Below are positions 17,620 through 20,475 of a stretch of 20,475 nt of DNA, piece after piece (the first letter of the stretch is position 1; the number at the start of each line of letters is the position of its first letter). The stretch is from Verrucomicrobiota bacterium. Lineage in GTDB: Bacteria; Verrucomicrobiota; Verrucomicrobiia; Limisphaerales; CANJXF01. The position numbers were made by a program, and so were the translations under genes. The notes beneath the pieces were generated by a model, which was given only the letters and a program-made list of their open reading frames with translations, ran no database searches and had not been told where the DNA came from. Location of the stretch: contig JBBQRQ010000091.1 of NCBI GenBank assembly GCA_038214755.1, positions 1-20,475 of the forward strand, written 5' to 3'.

Positions 17620-18921
17620 ATGAAACGCCATTTCCTTTTTCTGAAACTTGTTTTGTTTTTCTTACTGAGTTTCCTCATCAATTCTTCTCCCGCCGCGAAC
17701 TGGCCGGCCTGGCGCGGAGCAGATGGATCAGGCATCGCCACCGAAAAAAATTTACCGGTGAAGTGGAGCGCCACCGAAAATGTGCGCTGGAAAATCAAGT
17801 TGCCGGAGCGCGGAAATTCCACTCCCATCGTTTGGCAGAAAAAAATCTTTGTCACGCAAGCGGTTGGGGATCGGCGCACGCTGATTTGTTTTGATCGCGC
17901 AAACGGAAAACAACTTTGGCAGGAAGGTCCGAGTTACGAAGGAAAAGAGAGGACGCACCCAACGAATCCGTCCTGCTCCGCTTCTCCCGTCACCGACGGC
18001 GAGCAAGTGATTGCGTGGTTCGGTTCCGCCGGCATTTATTGTTATGACCTCGACGGCAAAGAACTTTGGCATCGCGACCTCGGCAAACAAGATCATCAAT
18101 GGGGTTACGCGGCGTCGCCCGTCATTTACGAAAACCTTTGCTTCCTCAATTTTGGTCCCGGCAAAAGAAGTTTTCTCATCGCGCTGGACAAGACAAGCGG
18201 CAAAACAGTTTGGCAAGTGGACGTTCCCGAAATCCAACCAGCGAAACGCTCGGATGGTTTCGCCGGACAAACCAACGGCGTGATCGGTTCATGGAGCACG
18301 CCCCTTCTCATCAAAGCGAACGGCCGGAGTGAATTGATTGTGAGTCTGGCCGATTGGCTCAAGGCGTTTGATCCAAAAACCGGCAAGGAACTTTGGCGGT
18401 GTGGCGGATTGAATCCGCTAATTTACACGTCTGCAATTTATGAAGATGGAGTGGCGGTGGCGATGGGCGGCTTTGAAGGGCCGAGCATTGCCGTAAAACC
18501 GGGCGGTCACGGAGATGTCACTGAGACGCATCGTTTGTGGCAAACGGAGCGGCACAAAAACCGAATTGGAGCGGGCGTGATTCACGACGGCTATATTTAC
18601 ATCGCCAACATGCCGGGCGTGGCCGAATGCATCGAGTTGAAAACCGGAAAAAGAATTTGGGAGGAACGACTTCCCGGCAAAGGCGCGAAGACAGAAATTT
18701 GGTCTTCGGCGATTCTAGCTGGAGACAATGTCTATGTCCTGAATCAATCGGGCGACTGCGTGATTTTCAAGGCGCGTCCGCAGTTTGAAATCGTGGCGGT
18801 GAATTCCATTGGCAACGAATTGACCAACGGTTCGCTCGCGGTGTCCGATGGCGAAATTTTTATTCGCACTCATCAGCATCTCTGGTGTATCCGCGACGAG
18901 AAAATAACAGCGTCGCGTTGA
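17620..18921 (+). CDS. Exported PQQ-binding-like beta-propeller repeat protein
   Basis: Signal peptide followed by NWPAWRG. Repeated SP(V/I)...D..TGK..W blades, typical of the large PVC-superphylum family. Confidence 0.92.
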   Translation: MKRHFLFLKLVLFFLLSFLINSSPAANWPAWRGADGSGIATEKNLPVKWSATENVRWKIKLPERGNSTPIVWQKKIFVTQAVGDRRTLICFDRANGKQLWQEGPSYEGKERTHPTNPSCSASPVTDGEQVIAWFGSAGIYCYDLDGKELWHRDLGKQDHQWGYAASPVIYENLCFLNFGPGKRSFLIALDKTSGKTVWQVDVPEIQPAKRSDGFAGQTNGVIGSWSTPLLIKANGRSELIVSLADWLKAFDPKTGKELWRCGGLNPLIYTSAIYEDGVAVAMGGFEGPSIAVKPGGHGDVTETHRLWQTERHKNRIGAGVIHDGYIYIANMPGVAECIELKTGKRIWEERLPGKGAKTEIWSSAILAGDNVYVLNQSGDCVIFKARPQFEIVAVNSIGNELTNGSLAVSDGEIFIRTHQHLWCIRDEKITASR

Positions 18922-19002
18922 TGGGTTGAGTGACGCCTTCACCGTTCCCGAAAACGAGCGTTGCCTTGAGTTGTGCTTTAAAGCGGAGCCAGTTCGTCAG
19001 TC

Positions 19003-19123
19003 GTAGCCCAGGATTGAATCCTGCCCGTATCGCAGGTTTTCAACCTGCGAGATGCCCGTCGGAACGCGAGAAATTCGAAATCGAAAAAAAATTCTTAATC
19101 GCGGCGTTTTGTCGTTTCAAACC
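19003..19123. repeat. Degenerate, right-truncated copy of the 17420-17571 element
   Basis: GTAGCCCAGGATTGAATCCTGCCCGTATCGCAGGTTTTCAACCTGCGAGATGCC is nearly identical to 17420-17472. Weaker similarity continues to GTTTCAAACC (19114-19123). Confidence 0.85.
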
Positions 19124-19144
19124 ACTTGAAATTACACCGTTGCC

Positions 19145-19173
19145 TTGACGCTCCGCTGGCGAGGCCATAGTTT
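19145..19173 (+). promoter_or_regulatory. Sigma70-type promoter for the TPP riboswitch-thiC transcript
   Basis: TTGACG (19145-19150), 17 nt, TAGTTT (19168-19173). This places +1 at the 5' end of the aptamer. Confidence 0.7.
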
Positions 19174-19178
19174 CGTAG

Positions 19179-20475
<1,297 letters not shown>

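Overview
Bacterial chromosomal window. Protein and repeat style suggest Verrucomicrobiota, probably Pedosphaerales/Limisphaerales-like; this is inference only. The core genes are recJ, a TerC-family gene, fused secDF, yajC, an MBL/beta-CASP ribonuclease, uvrA, a large exported TPR protein, an IscA/ErpA-type Fe-S carrier, a PQQ-type beta-propeller protein and a TPP riboswitch followed by thiC (runs off the window end). Between yajC and uvrA lies a small accessory patch: an intact DUF433/PIN toxin-antitoxin pair, a DUF2283 remnant, an antitoxin with a truncated PemK/MazF gene, and an ABC-ATPase + TOPRIM-like pair. The most unusual feature is a dense set of short REP-like palindromes and heptamer inverted repeats. 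They fill intergenic spaces, once nested three deep. They also sit in-frame inside recJ, uvrA (twice) and thiC, and inside the P3 arm of the TPP riboswitch. Two other signals stand out: a strong Thr-Asn dipeptide excess in exported protein sequence, and a recurring -10 box exactly 6 nt before start codons, suggesting leaderless mRNAs. All counts and alignments were made by eye.
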